The notes under the pieces are model-generated. The model was not told the DNA's origin and did no database searches. It saw nothing but the letters and a program-made list of their open reading frames with translations. 64,000 nucleotides of DNA from an uncultured Acidobacteriota bacterium (GTDB lineage Bacteria > Acidobacteriota > Terriglobia > Acidiferrales > UBA7541), in assembly GCA_963824405.1 (NCBI GenBank), contig CAWGPK010000007.1, positions 92,176 through 156,175 of the forward strand. Direction: 5' to 3'. Made by a program: the position numbers and the translations under genes. The first letter of the stretch is position 1. The number at the start of each line of letters is the position of its first letter. Shown here one piece after another: positions 47,594-57,514 of the stretch.

Positions 47594-48103
47594 ATGCCCA
47601 AGAAAGTCGATCCACTCAATAAAAAACAGTACGGTGCGGTAACGGCAATGCTCACGGTGGCCGACGTGAAAGCGGCGGCCAACTTTTATCAGAAGGCGTT
47701 CGGCTTCACCAAACGGTCCATGATGAATGGACCGGACGGGAAGGCGATCCATGCCGAATTGACGCTGCGCGGCACGACGCTGATGCTGAATCCGGAATCG
47801 CCGCAGATGGGTGCGCGCGGAGCGAAGGCGCTGGGCGCATCGCCGACGACTCTGTATCTATTGACGGAGAGCGTGGACAAGGCAGTGGCCAAGGCCACAA
47901 AACTGGGCGCAACGCTCAAGGGCGAGGTGGCGGATATGTTTTGGGGCGACCGCACGGGAACAGTGGTCGATCCGGAGGGCTACATGTGGATGGTCTCTAC
48001 ACACATTGCCGAACCCACACCGAAAGAGATGCAACTGAAGATGAAGGAACAGATGACGCAAATGGCCAGCCAGCAAGCGGCCCGGGCGGCGAGCGGGTCC
48101 TAA
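47594..48103 (+). CDS. VOC (glyoxalase/bleomycin-resistance) family protein
   Basis: ...MLTVADVKAAANFYQKAFGF...IHAELTLRGTTLML...DMFWGDRTGTVVDPEGYMWMV. Confidence 0.8.
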   Translation: MPKKVDPLNKKQYGAVTAMLTVADVKAAANFYQKAFGFTKRSMMNGPDGKAIHAELTLRGTTLMLNPESPQMGARGAKALGASPTTLYLLTESVDKAVAKATKLGATLKGEVADMFWGDRTGTVVDPEGYMWMVSTHIAEPTPKEMQLKMKEQMTQMASQQAARAASGS

Positions 48104-48161
48104 CCACCCCAACACACGCAAGACCGGCGTGTGTCGGGGCGCCCGGACTAGGTTCGGGATG

Positions 48162-49037
48162 CTACGCGGAAGCGGGGCCGTGCGCCTTTAGGAACGAATG
48201 GATCTGGCGCACGGCCAGAGGAATGCGCTCCTTGGGTTCCTTCCACGGGAACATGCTCACTTCGGCCTTGGGCGCGAGCATGGCGGACTCCATGGCGACC
48301 TTGTAAGGATGCGCCGGAATATCGTCGGGCAGGATCAGCACCGGCGTCTGGCAGTTGCGCACGAAATCGCGCGTGACGGTGAAGACGAAGTCGTTGCCGT
48401 TGCGGTACATGTTGGTGAGATATTTCTGGATCATGTCCATGGTGATGTCCGGCCGGCGCTTGACCAAATCCGGTCCCCAGCCGGTCATGCTGCCGTCGTA
48501 CATCAGCGTGGGCATCTCCGGGCGAAAGCCGACGGGCTGGGCGAGCACGGCGGCGACCACGCGATTGGGCACGCGCTTGATCAGGTTCCAGATGAATGGG
48601 CCGCCGATGCAGAAGCCCATCACCACAAATTTATCGACGCCGAGGTGATCCAGCACGGCGAGCTGGTCGTCGGTGTGTGAATCCCAGGGCCGGTCGATAT
48701 CGAGCGGGCCGGAGGATTGGCCGGGATTTGCGTTGCGCAGGTCCGAGGCGATGCAGCGATACTCGCCCTTGAACTCCTCGATGGAGTTAAAGGGGTTGGC
48801 CAAGCCGGCGATCACTGAGTTCAATCCGCCGCCAGGAATCAGCAACAGCGGGAAGCCCGAACCGGTCTCCTCATAGTGGATGCGAACGGGACCTTTTTCG
48901 TAGAAGGACATGGCGCCTGCTCCTTTCCCTGCCTGTTTGCCAAAGAGCGCCTGCGCGGCGGCCATCGCGGTGGCGGCGGCGCCGGTTTCCAGTAGTTTGC
49001 GTCTGGTGGGATCCATGGTCGGCGACCTCCTGGTCAT
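48162..49037 (-). CDS. Tat-exported alpha/beta hydrolase, dienelactone-hydrolase-like Cys nucleophile
   Basis: TRRKLLETGAAATAMAAAQA leader. The nucleophile elbow reads GFCIGG (Cys, not Ser). Confidence 0.75.
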   Translation of the reverse strand: MTRRSPTMDPTRRKLLETGAAATAMAAAQALFGKQAGKGAGAMSFYEKGPVRIHYEETGSGFPLLLIPGGGLNSVIAGLANPFNSIEEFKGEYRCIASDLRNANPGQSSGPLDIDRPWDSHTDDQLAVLDHLGVDKFVVMGFCIGGPFIWNLIKRVPNRVVAAVLAQPVGFRPEMPTLMYDGSMTGWGPDLVKRRPDITMDMIQKYLTNMYRNGNDFVFTVTRDFVRNCQTPVLILPDDIPAHPYKVAMESAMLAPKAEVSMFPWKEPKERIPLAVRQIHSFLKAHGPASA

Positions 49038-49324
49038 TATGGCTTCGTTATTGTGGCTTGGTCATTGCTGTGGCGGTGCGATTGGACAGCACCCGTTTCC
49101 CAGAGAAATCGGTAAGTCTTCCGCAATACGTGATGCGCAATCTTATAGCACAGGTTCTTTTGGCGATGAAGAGGGCGTCCCAGTGGAGCGCCGGTGCCAC
49201 AATAGGAAAAAGCTAGCCGCTGGTCTGTTAGCCTCAGAGGGAATGGACGATGCTGTACTATAGGCGTATTGCTGGGCTTACGAATTAGGGATGCTCGAAC
49301 GTTGAAGTTGAAGAGGATGACAGC

Positions 49325-50485
49325 ATGAAAAAGAAAGAGAAAGAAACGGCGATTCGGCGACGGGAGTTCATCAAGCTGGGCGCGGGTGCTGCCGGCGCCG
49401 CGACCTTGGGTACGGCGATCGCCACGCTTGGGGCGGAGTCATCATCTGCGCAAACGGCTCCGTCGCAGGCGGCGTCAACGGCGGCATCGCAGGGAGTTCC
49501 GTGGTGGGCGGCGCGGCCGGAGAATGGAAAAGTGGGGCCGCCGGCGGCGATTGACATGCACTCGCACTGGTCTCCGGAGCCTTACGCGAAGGCTCTAGCC
49601 GATATTACCGGGCAGCCTGACGCCAATCCTTTTCCGCTGAATTACGATCTGGACAAGCGGCGTCAGTGGATGGACGAGCATGGCGACCTGATGCACTGCC
49701 TGACGCTCTCCGGGCAGATGCCTTGGCAGAGAGTTACCGCGCAGCAGGGCGCGCATCTCGCGCAAGTCATCAACGACACGGGCATTCAGGTTCACCAGAA
49801 ATATCCGGACCGCTTTGTCGTCGGCGTAGAATTGCCGATTCTCGATCCCGAACTGGCGCTGAAGGAGCTGAACCGCGTGGCGGGGCAGCCTGGCGTGCGC
49901 GCGGTGCATCTGCCGGACTCCATCGAACGGCGCGACTACATATTCGATCCACGATTTGCGCCGGTGCTGGCGCGCATTGAGGCACTGAAGCTGCCGATCA
50001 TTTTTCACCAGATGGATGGCGTGGCCAACAATTACGGCGGCAGCAGGACGGTTGGTCCGCCGGATATGGCCGCCTGTATCGACGCTCCCATCGAGCACAC
50101 TTTTCTGGCGGCCAAGCTGATCTATACCGGCACGCTGGATAAATATCCCAACCTGCAAATGGTGTTGCCGCATGCGGGCGGGGCGTTCCCTTATCTTGTG
50201 GGCCGCGTCGACCATTTCCTCTTTCATATGGCGAACCACGTCACGATTCAACACCCTGTCCGCGACTACTTGCGACGATTTCATTACGACTATCTGATCT
50301 ACTATCCGGAAGCGTTTCGTTTCCTGATGGTGATGGTGGGACCGGACCGCATCGTGGTGGGCACGGATAACTTCGCCGCCAAGGACGTGGAGTATCCCAC
50401 CGCCGTCCTGGACCAATTCAAACTTCCGGCCGCCGACCGCGAACGCATCCTGAAGGGGAATGCAAAGAGGCTGCTAGGTATATAA
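49325..50485 (+). CDS. Tat-exported amidohydrolase-2 (ACMSD-like) family protein
   Basis: RRREFIKLGAGAAGAATLG leader. IDMHSHW metal motif. ...VGTDNF... near the C-terminus. Confidence 0.8.
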   Translation: MKKKEKETAIRRREFIKLGAGAAGAATLGTAIATLGAESSSAQTAPSQAASTAASQGVPWWAARPENGKVGPPAAIDMHSHWSPEPYAKALADITGQPDANPFPLNYDLDKRRQWMDEHGDLMHCLTLSGQMPWQRVTAQQGAHLAQVINDTGIQVHQKYPDRFVVGVELPILDPELALKELNRVAGQPGVRAVHLPDSIERRDYIFDPRFAPVLARIEALKLPIIFHQMDGVANNYGGSRTVGPPDMAACIDAPIEHTFLAAKLIYTGTLDKYPNLQMVLPHAGGAFPYLVGRVDHFLFHMANHVTIQHPVRDYLRRFHYDYLIYYPEAFRFLMVMVGPDRIVVGTDNFAAKDVEYPTAVLDQFKLPAADRERILKGNAKRLLGI

Positions 50486-50522
50486 GCTTCTTGCCAACTC
50501 CGGGCGGCCGCGGTTCGAAGCG

Positions 50523-51983
50523 TCAGGCGGCGCGCGCTGGAGACGCCGCTTGCGGACGGCTCTCCAGGCCGACGACCTCTCTCCAGTACAAATAGGCGAA
50601 GACCACCGCCGCGCCAACTTGCGCGCCGAGGGCCAGCAGCCACATTCCTCCCGCCGCGTCCCACTGCGCTTCGCTCCACTGGCGCAGAAGCGGAAACGGC
50701 ACCAGGCAGGCCGCGAAAGCGGCGTCCGAATTCGTGGCAGTCAGCGCGCTGCGAAACACAATTGACGTCGACAGATAGAAAACGCCTAAGTAGAGGAAGG
50801 CCTTGCTGAGCGAGGAACGCACTGGCCGAATCTTCATCCACTGCAAATAGGAGAGGTCACGCGTCATCCAGGCCGCAAAGTAGAGCACCAGAAAAAGGCT
50901 GCGAGCGGCGTTTGCGTCCGTCCCTAAGGGGGAGTACCGCTCTGTAAGAATGACGATGACAATCTCAGCGAACGCCGCGGCAATCGCGAACGAGCCGATG
51001 GGGCCCAGCCACCGCACGCCCCCGGATAACGCTCCGGTTGCTTCGCGCAATCCGCGCCGAACCAGTTCGCGGCTTCGCAGCACGCCGATGCCAACGGCAT
51101 AAAAGAAGGCGACTGCCATGAGAAGCAAGGCGTTTTCGACGGTGGGATTACCGCGGGCCGCGGTCCTCCAGGGATAAAATCCGATCCAGACAAAGTTGCA
51201 GTAGGCGGCGAATCCCAAGCCCTCCCAGACGCTAAAGAGCTGCATTGCTTCCAGGCCGAGCTTGATATTGCGGACCACGGCCAGCATCAACCAGGCCGCG
51301 AAACCTAACTCCAAACAAGCCCACAGGAGCGTGGGCGGAAAGGCGATCCCATAAAAAGGCAACGCGGTCGTCCGTCCGGCGTTTTGTACGGAAGTGGTTG
51401 GGCTCACGGAAAAAAGCACTCCGATGAGCGGGACGAGTTGGAACAGCATCAGGAGGAGGAGACCGCTGGACATTCCTCCCTTGTCCGAAATCGTGGAGAT
51501 CATCAGCGCGAAGGAGTGGATCACCAGCGCTCCCGTGAATAGCAAAACGTAGCTTCGCGCCACAAAGTCCACCGCGACGCTGCCTGAGCCAACAGCCGAG
51601 AGGACCGCCGGAGGAACCAGACAGATTGTGACGAAATACGCCAGCGCCGGCGCGCCGAAGAGTTTGCCGATGGCCAGCTCGAGCGGGGAGAGGCGCGTGA
51701 TCCGCTGGTAATCGAAGGTGTTCAATTCGCGCTCGCGCCGCACCGCGCGCCAGCAGGAGATGGCTCCGCCCAGCGTCAGCGTGATTCCTTGAGACCACAG
51801 GATTGCCATTAGATAGAGAGTGATGAAACGGGAGCCGCCCGCGGGCCTGTTTTGCGTCAGGGAGGGAAGCACGATCAGCGCAAAGACCGCGGTGATGATT
51901 GTTGCGGTAACCAGGCGCTTGGGACTCAGCTCGATGCGGAAGTTGCGCCGCAGCTCCGGATTGTTGAGGAAAAGCGCGCTCAC
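50523..51983 (-). CDS. ABC-2-like multi-pass membrane permease
   Basis: GTG at 51981-51983 (complement) overlaps the ATPase stop (GTGA). VSALFLNNPELRRNFRIELSPKRLV... followed by many TM helices. The longer track ORF extension is Arg-rich junk. Confidence 0.7.
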   Translation of the reverse strand: MSALFLNNPELRRNFRIELSPKRLVTATIITAVFALIVLPSLTQNRPAGGSRFITLYLMAILWSQGITLTLGGAISCWRAVRRERELNTFDYQRITRLSPLELAIGKLFGAPALAYFVTICLVPPAVLSAVGSGSVAVDFVARSYVLLFTGALVIHSFALMISTISDKGGMSSGLLLLMLFQLVPLIGVLFSVSPTTSVQNAGRTTALPFYGIAFPPTLLWACLELGFAAWLMLAVVRNIKLGLEAMQLFSVWEGLGFAAYCNFVWIGFYPWRTAARGNPTVENALLLMAVAFFYAVGIGVLRSRELVRRGLREATGALSGGVRWLGPIGSFAIAAAFAEIVIVILTERYSPLGTDANAARSLFLVLYFAAWMTRDLSYLQWMKIRPVRSSLSKAFLYLGVFYLSTSIVFRSALTATNSDAAFAACLVPFPLLRQWSEAQWDAAGGMWLLALGAQVGAAVVFAYLYWREVVGLESRPQAASPARAA

Positions 51984-52948
51984 ATCACTTCTCCCTGGGC
52001 GATCCGGCTGTAGGCTTCCTCGAGCGTGAAACTCGGCTGTTCGACGGCCAGGAGCGGCGCGCCGGCCGTGACCAGCGCTTTGACCAGTTCGGTGAACTCG
52101 GCGTCGCTGCCCGCGAACTCGAATAGCGCTCCCGATCCTGACGCCGTCACGCGGCTTACGCCCGTTCTTGCGGCCAGCCAGGAGTCCAGCGCGAAACCTG
52201 GCGCGGAGAGCCGTACCCGAACCACGCGCGGCAGGGCAGCCGCTCCGGCCTGCTGGCCGGGCTGCTGCAGGATCTCTTCGATCTTGCCCACGCGGATCAA
52301 GCGGCCCTTTTCGAGGATGCCGATGGAGGTGCAAATCTCCTCGAGATCGGGAAGGATGTGGGAGGTAATCACAATGGTGCAGCCGCGTTCCTGAAAGCCG
52401 CGCAGCAACTGCTTCAGTTCATGCCGGGCTTTGGGATCGAGTCCGGCCGCGGGCTCGTCGAGAACCAGCAGCGGCGGATTGTGAATCACCGCGCGGGCGA
52501 TGCCCAGCCGCTGCTTCATGCCTCGCGACAAGCCGCCAATCGCGGCGTCCCGCTTGCTTTCCAGGCCGACGCGCGTCACCACTTCCAAGATGCGCCCGGG
52601 AATCGAGGCCGGCTCGAGTTTGTAGGCGCCGGCGAAATATTCGAGATACTGGTAGACGGTGAGCTCGTCGTAAAGCGAGAAAAAATCGGCGAGGTAGCCG
52701 ATGTACTTTTGGGCTTCTTCGCGATCGCGCTCCACGTCGACGCCGTTGACGAGCACGCGGCCGGACGTGGGCAGCAGCAAGCCGCAGATCATTTTGAGGG
52801 CCGTGGATTTGCCCGCGCCGTTCGGTCCCACCAGCCCGAATACCTCTCCCGCAGTCACTTCGAGATTCAGGCGGTCCGCGGCCAGAACGCGGCGTGCCGC
52901 GTCGCCATCGGCGTCGTACTCCCGGGTGAGATCGACGAGTTTGAGCAT
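51980..52948 (-). CDS. ABC transporter ATP-binding protein
   Basis: Walker A GPNGAGKS, signature LSRGMKQR, Walker B LVLDEPA. Confidence 0.9.
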   Translation of the reverse strand: MLKLVDLTREYDADGDAARRVLAADRLNLEVTAGEVFGLVGPNGAGKSTALKMICGLLLPTSGRVLVNGVDVERDREEAQKYIGYLADFFSLYDELTVYQYLEYFAGAYKLEPASIPGRILEVVTRVGLESKRDAAIGGLSRGMKQRLGIARAVIHNPPLLVLDEPAAGLDPKARHELKQLLRGFQERGCTIVITSHILPDLEEICTSIGILEKGRLIRVGKIEEILQQPGQQAGAAALPRVVRVRLSAPGFALDSWLAARTGVSRVTASGSGALFEFAGSDAEFTELVKALVTAGAPLLAVEQPSFTLEEAYSRIAQGEVM

Positions 52949-53100
52949 GAGGAGCGCTCACCAGTGTTTCTCGCGGATACTATCCGGTCAATAGCCCTCC
53001 GGGAGTGGCAACATCTAAGAGTCATTGCTGGAATGGCGCACTTCCATCGCTCCGGGAGTCGAGGATGTTCTCTAAGCGAAAGCGCCGCTGGAGAAAAGCT

Positions 53101-53613
53101 TTAAGGTAGGACGGCAGCGCGCTGAGCCAGGAGAAATTGCGCACGGCCGCTGGGCGTGGCGGTTTGCTCGGCGGAAGCCTGCTTCAAAGGAGCGCCGGCG
53201 TACTCCTGGTAGGAGTAGGTTGCGTGGCCATCGGGCAGGGCGCCAACGGTGAGGAGTTCCACGGAACTCACGCGAGCGGGAATCTTCGCGCCATACCAGC
53301 GCGGGTCGTTCTGCTGCGTCCAGGTGACTAGGGCGAGCACCGAGCCGTCAGGATAGTTGTGGTCCGAGTGCGCTCTGGCGTAGTCCACGGCTAAATCGTT
53401 GCCGTAGAGAGTGGACATGGTCGAGGAGGTTCTGTCGGCCATGGAGGTAATGACTCTCCAGGGTAGCGGATTCATGGGAAGGTCGCCGGGAAGAGAGGCG
53501 TTTTGATTCAGAGTTGGCGCGGCGGCCGATGGACGGCCGGAGCATCCCAAAAGGCCGAGCGAGCAAACCAGCGCCAGCAGATGGAGGTGCCTTCGTTGCG
53601 CGGGAAGCTTCAT
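53101..53613 (-). CDS. Lipoprotein, P460-fold-like without a CxxCH motif
   Basis: MKLPAQRRHLHLLALVCSLGLLGCSG lipobox. ATGA overlap with the upstream gene. The fold assignment is a guess based on context and on ...STLYGNDLAVDYAR... Confidence 0.5.
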   Translation of the reverse strand: MKLPAQRRHLHLLALVCSLGLLGCSGRPSAAAPTLNQNASLPGDLPMNPLPWRVITSMADRTSSTMSTLYGNDLAVDYARAHSDHNYPDGSVLALVTWTQQNDPRWYGAKIPARVSSVELLTVGALPDGHATYSYQEYAGAPLKQASAEQTATPSGRAQFLLAQRAAVLP

Positions 53614-54554
53614 TGCCGGCCCCCAATCTGGCCTTGAATGGGCTCGGTAAAAACATAGTCGGAGTCGCGCACCGGCCTATGGCAGCCGACGCATTCTTGC
53701 GCGAAGTCCGCATCCTTGCCGTAGGGCTTCAGGTCTGCGCCACGCCAGCGCGCAAATCCCCAGCCAAGCGTCCCCGCGTACTTCTTGATGTCGCGAATCA
53801 TGAACTCCACCTGAAAGAACGCTCCCGCGCGAACCAAACCTTTGTCGTCGGCCTCTTGATACCAGGCAATCTTGGCGAAGGCGGCGCCGTCCGGCCAGGG
53901 ATTGATGTGGTTTTCGGCGATAGCTTGCACGGCGACGTCGTTGCCGAGAATTTGTCTGAGGGTGTTGTTGTCCCCGCGCACCGTGCTGCTGATGGCTTGC
54001 CAATTTTTGTAGTCGGGCAGAAAGGCGATGCCGTTGGGCGCCGGGGAGACGGCCGGCGTGGAGTTTGCCTGGCGAATCCAACCCGCGTACTGCGCGTCAG
54101 CCGCGGCAATCTCCTGCGGGGTGGCCGGCGCGTTGGATTCAAGCGAAGTGAGGTATGCCTTCAAGATGTTCAATCGCTCGGGCGTGATCGCGGACTCCGG
54201 GTGAGCCAACTTGTAATCGGGCAGCGGCATAGCGCCTAGCTCGATCTGGCTCACGGATTCGAAGAGAAATCCGTTCTGTTGCGCGGGAGGCAGGCTGCCG
54301 ATTTCGGAGAAATTCAGGTGGCTTCGTCCTTTCCTTACATCCTCGACGACCAGCCAATAGGCGGGGACCGGCCAATCGAACCAGGACAACTTTGTTTCGT
54401 TGGAATGGCAGTTGTAGCAGGAGGTTCTCAGTATCTGCTTCACCTGCGGGGGCGCGGCGATCTCAGCGCTGACCGCAGGATTGGTAAATCGGGGGCGCTC
54501 AAACTGAGCGCCGGCTGCGGCGATCAGCAGGAGAGCGAAGAGCCACAGGAACAC
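53610..54554 (-). CDS. Haem-binding domain plus cytochrome P460 domain protein
   Basis: N-terminal SCYNCHSNETKLSWFDWP (Haem_bd-like CxxCH). C-terminal ...GWGFARW...YGKDADFAQECVGCHRPV (P460-like CxxCH). Confidence 0.75.
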   Translation of the reverse strand: MFLWLFALLLIAAAGAQFERPRFTNPAVSAEIAAPPQVKQILRTSCYNCHSNETKLSWFDWPVPAYWLVVEDVRKGRSHLNFSEIGSLPPAQQNGFLFESVSQIELGAMPLPDYKLAHPESAITPERLNILKAYLTSLESNAPATPQEIAAADAQYAGWIRQANSTPAVSPAPNGIAFLPDYKNWQAISSTVRGDNNTLRQILGNDVAVQAIAENHINPWPDGAAFAKIAWYQEADDKGLVRAGAFFQVEFMIRDIKKYAGTLGWGFARWRGADLKPYGKDADFAQECVGCHRPVRDSDYVFTEPIQGQIGGRQ

Positions 54555-54706
54555 TCGATGACGCGAGGATGAGTTGGCGGCGATTTTGCCCCCTTTTAAG
54601 GACAGGGCTCCCGAGGGTGGCTTACTGGCGTTTGGATGCGGGGAGAGCCGAGCCGGTCACGATTTGTGCGAGGCCCGATCGCTTCCTGGCGGAGGGGCGG
54701 CGCCGC

Positions 54707-56050
54707 TCAGGCTGGCGCAGGTCCTGCGGGCGGCGTTGCAACTGGGGCAGCGGGAGCGCCCGGATGTCCATGACGGCGGTTGAGCCAGGTAAGGATCAAC
54801 GCGCCAATGCCGATGGTCCAGGCGAGGTACTCGGCGAGAAAGCCGAGGACGGCCAGCGTGCCGCCAATCACCATGCCGAACGCCACGCCGCCGACGAGCG
54901 CACAGAGTCTGGCGATGAGCGTGACGCCGAGAACGGCCAGGACGCCGAGAGCGACCGAGAGATAGGGGCTTCGGCCGATTCCGATGCGCTGGCTTACAAA
55001 CCGGCCAACCACGCAAGCCACTCCGGTGAAACCGATGATCATGAGCACGACGGCCAGCGCGATGCCGAACGGTATCAGGAGCAGCAGCGGAATGCCGACG
55101 ATGGAGACAGCGAGAACCACAACGGTGACAAAAACGAGGGGCACGAAGAGCACTTCCGCCAGCAATCCGGTAAAGCCGGAGCGGAGCGGCTCGCTTGCGG
55201 TTCGCTCCGCGATAGCGTCGATGAAACGGCCGCCGAGGACCACGACGATCAGCCCGAATAGGATGAGCAGCGTCGTGCGCAAAAGGGTGCCGAAGAAACC
55301 GCCCACGCGCGCGAAAAGATTGCGGACAGGAAAACGACGCGGCGGCCGCTGCGGAAAGGCGAATTGTGAACCGAAGCCGACGTTATTGATTTTGCCATCA
55401 ATGCGCGAGCCAGCCTCGCGGTTCAAGGCGCCGCCGATGACGGCGACATCTTGCCCTACGACAGCTTCCGGGCCGAGATTCAGCGAGCCTCCGATAACGG
55501 TGACGTCCCGAGTGACCTCGCCATCGATATCGGCCGAGCCGCCGATGGCGACGACGTCACCTTCGACGACTTCGTCGCGTGCAACGTTGACCTTGCCTCC
55601 GAAGCGAACTACGTCACCATGGTTTATCTGGCTTCGTGGTGTGGCGGCTTCCGCCTGATTGCTATTCTCCTGCGTGTCCGAGTGGGGAGCGGCGGAGTCC
55701 AAGCGAGCCAAATCGCGCTGCGCGGCGGGGTCCAGGTAAGTCACTCGGAAAATGAGGTCGGCGTCCTTGCCGAGGCGCTGCCGGGCCTCACGCGCGGGGA
55801 GCGCTGTGCCGTTGATGGAGACGCTTCCATCGCGAATCTCGATGATTTTGATATCGGCGTTGCGTTGAATGGGGACGAGAGCCAGTTCGTCCTGCAATGC
55901 GACGATGTTGTAATGCGCGCGGAGTTCCTGGCGCAGGCTGGCAACATTGGGCCCGTTGGGCGAGGACTGGCCGTGCAGGAGCATGGCCACGCCGAGCGCA
56001 AACAATCCCGCGCAAGCGATCAATGCATATTTCCGTCGTGAAGGCGTCAT
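54707..56050 (-). CDS. Membrane protein with bactofilin-like (polymer-forming) repeat region
   Basis: Signal/anchor, then GDVVAIGGSADIDGEVTRDVTVIGGSLNLGPEAVVGQDVAVIGGALN..., then several TM helices. Confidence 0.6.
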   Translation of the reverse strand: MTPSRRKYALIACAGLFALGVAMLLHGQSSPNGPNVASLRQELRAHYNIVALQDELALVPIQRNADIKIIEIRDGSVSINGTALPAREARQRLGKDADLIFRVTYLDPAAQRDLARLDSAAPHSDTQENSNQAEAATPRSQINHGDVVRFGGKVNVARDEVVEGDVVAIGGSADIDGEVTRDVTVIGGSLNLGPEAVVGQDVAVIGGALNREAGSRIDGKINNVGFGSQFAFPQRPPRRFPVRNLFARVGGFFGTLLRTTLLILFGLIVVVLGGRFIDAIAERTASEPLRSGFTGLLAEVLFVPLVFVTVVVLAVSIVGIPLLLLIPFGIALAVVLMIIGFTGVACVVGRFVSQRIGIGRSPYLSVALGVLAVLGVTLIARLCALVGGVAFGMVIGGTLAVLGFLAEYLAWTIGIGALILTWLNRRHGHPGAPAAPVATPPAGPAPA

Positions 56051-56083
56051 TTTCGTGGTCTTCCTTATTAAATTAAGGTCTCT

Positions 56084-56605
56084 TCAGGCCTTTTCTTCTT
56101 CTGCCTCGGTTGGCCGTCGCAGCTCTTGGCCCAGCAAGCGGTGCAGCGCATACAGGGCCAGCAGGGCGATCACTTCGAATGCAGCGATAGAGGCCGATGC
56201 GGAGGGAGAGGCAATGGCGTCGCCGACTGCCGTTCCAACCCGCTCCGCGATGGACCACCACGCGGCTCCCGCGCTCGCAGACGTCAGCAGCCATACCAAG
56301 GCTTGCGAGAAGGCCACGGCAACGCGCGCGGCGAGAGCCGTCGCCGGTCCGGCGAGTTCGTAGATCGAGCCAGCGCCCGCCACGAGGATCGTCAGAGCGA
56401 CCGCAATATACGCAAGGCGCGTCACACGGCGGCGACGACTGCGGGCCTGCCAGGCGGCGTGCACGGCGCGATCCACGAAGGCGGCGGAGGGCTCGACCGA
56501 GGTGATTTCGGCCATGAGGCTCGCGAACATGCTCTCGGCCAGGTTGTCGTCCCCGCTCTGTTCGGCGCGCAGCCAGTGGGGTTTGTCCGGCATCGGTGTT
56601 GCCAT
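56084..56605 (-). CDS. Putative anti-sigma factor (membrane protein, assigned by position)
   Basis: Lies immediately downstream of the ECF sigma gene. Cytoplasmic N-terminal segment followed by TM segments. Confidence 0.5.
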   Translation of the reverse strand: MATPMPDKPHWLRAEQSGDDNLAESMFASLMAEITSVEPSAAFVDRAVHAAWQARSRRRRVTRLAYIAVALTILVAGAGSIYELAGPATALAARVAVAFSQALVWLLTSASAGAAWWSIAERVGTAVGDAIASPSASASIAAFEVIALLALYALHRLLGQELRRPTEAEEEKA

Positions 56606-56655
56606 CCTCGGATAAAGGGTCCTGCTTACTCTACGGAGTTTGCACCTTCCAGGTT

Positions 56656-57303
56656 TCAGCCCGCACCCGTTTTTCGAGCACTACTCGCGGCGGGGGCAGC
56701 GGCCCCGGCCCATCCCTGAGCCGCCCATCCCTGAGCTGAAAGAAGCGAGGCCAGTTCCTTGCGAGCCCGGAACAGATAAGTCTTTACCGTTCCGACCGGC
56801 AGGCTCATAGCCTCCGCGATCTCCTCCACGGACAGATCTTCGCGATAGCGCAGCACCACGGCTTCGCGATATTCGGGCCGGATGCGCGCCAGACAGATGT
56901 CCAGGGCATGGGCGAGTGCCGATTGCTCGGCCTGGGTATCCGGCGACGCTCCCATCGGTGTGGCGTCCGCGACCGCATGGCCGGCGTCTGCCAGATCGTC
57001 GAGGGAGAGAGCGGGAGGCCGCTTGCGCCGAAGATAATCAATGGTCACGTTGTGCAGGATTTGAAAGAACCAACTGGCGAAGCGGCGTCGTTCGTCGTAG
57101 GTGGAGAGATGCTCGAAAGCGTGCGCGAACGCCTCTTGGGCGAGATCTTCCGCCAGCGCACGATCCTGGACCATGCGCGCCGCAAGATTCACGGCGGGCC
57201 TGGCGTAGCGGTTCACGAGGTCGCGATAAGCCGACTGCGATCCAGCCAGCGCCTGGCGCACCAGTTCAGCGTCACTCGAGGTCACTGGCGGCGTCACTGG
57301 CAT
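56656..57303 (-). CDS. ECF RNA polymerase sigma factor
   Basis: ATG at 57301-57303 (complement). Region 2 ...FASWFFQILHNVTIDYLRRK. Region 4 ...LSVEEIAEAMSLPVGTVKTYLFRARKEL. Confidence 0.85.
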   Translation of the reverse strand: MPVTPPVTSSDAELVRQALAGSQSAYRDLVNRYARPAVNLAARMVQDRALAEDLAQEAFAHAFEHLSTYDERRRFASWFFQILHNVTIDYLRRKRPPALSLDDLADAGHAVADATPMGASPDTQAEQSALAHALDICLARIRPEYREAVVLRYREDLSVEEIAEAMSLPVGTVKTYLFRARKELASLLSAQGWAAQGWAGAAAPAASSARKTGAG

Positions 57304-57514
57304 TCTATACGGGATGAGGAAGAGTTCGGTTTCGGTACTTGGTCTGGCCCGCGTCTCCCTCTGCAAGGCGTCTGCCGCGCCGAGGCCGGGCATGGTGTGT
57401 CCTTTTGGAACATGTTGCGGACCAGTTAATTGACCGGCCTCTTTCGCGGACGTTAGTCTGAAAACAGTCGCGCCACTTCTGAGCGCGAGGCAATCGTTCG
57501 GTAAGAGGAACATC

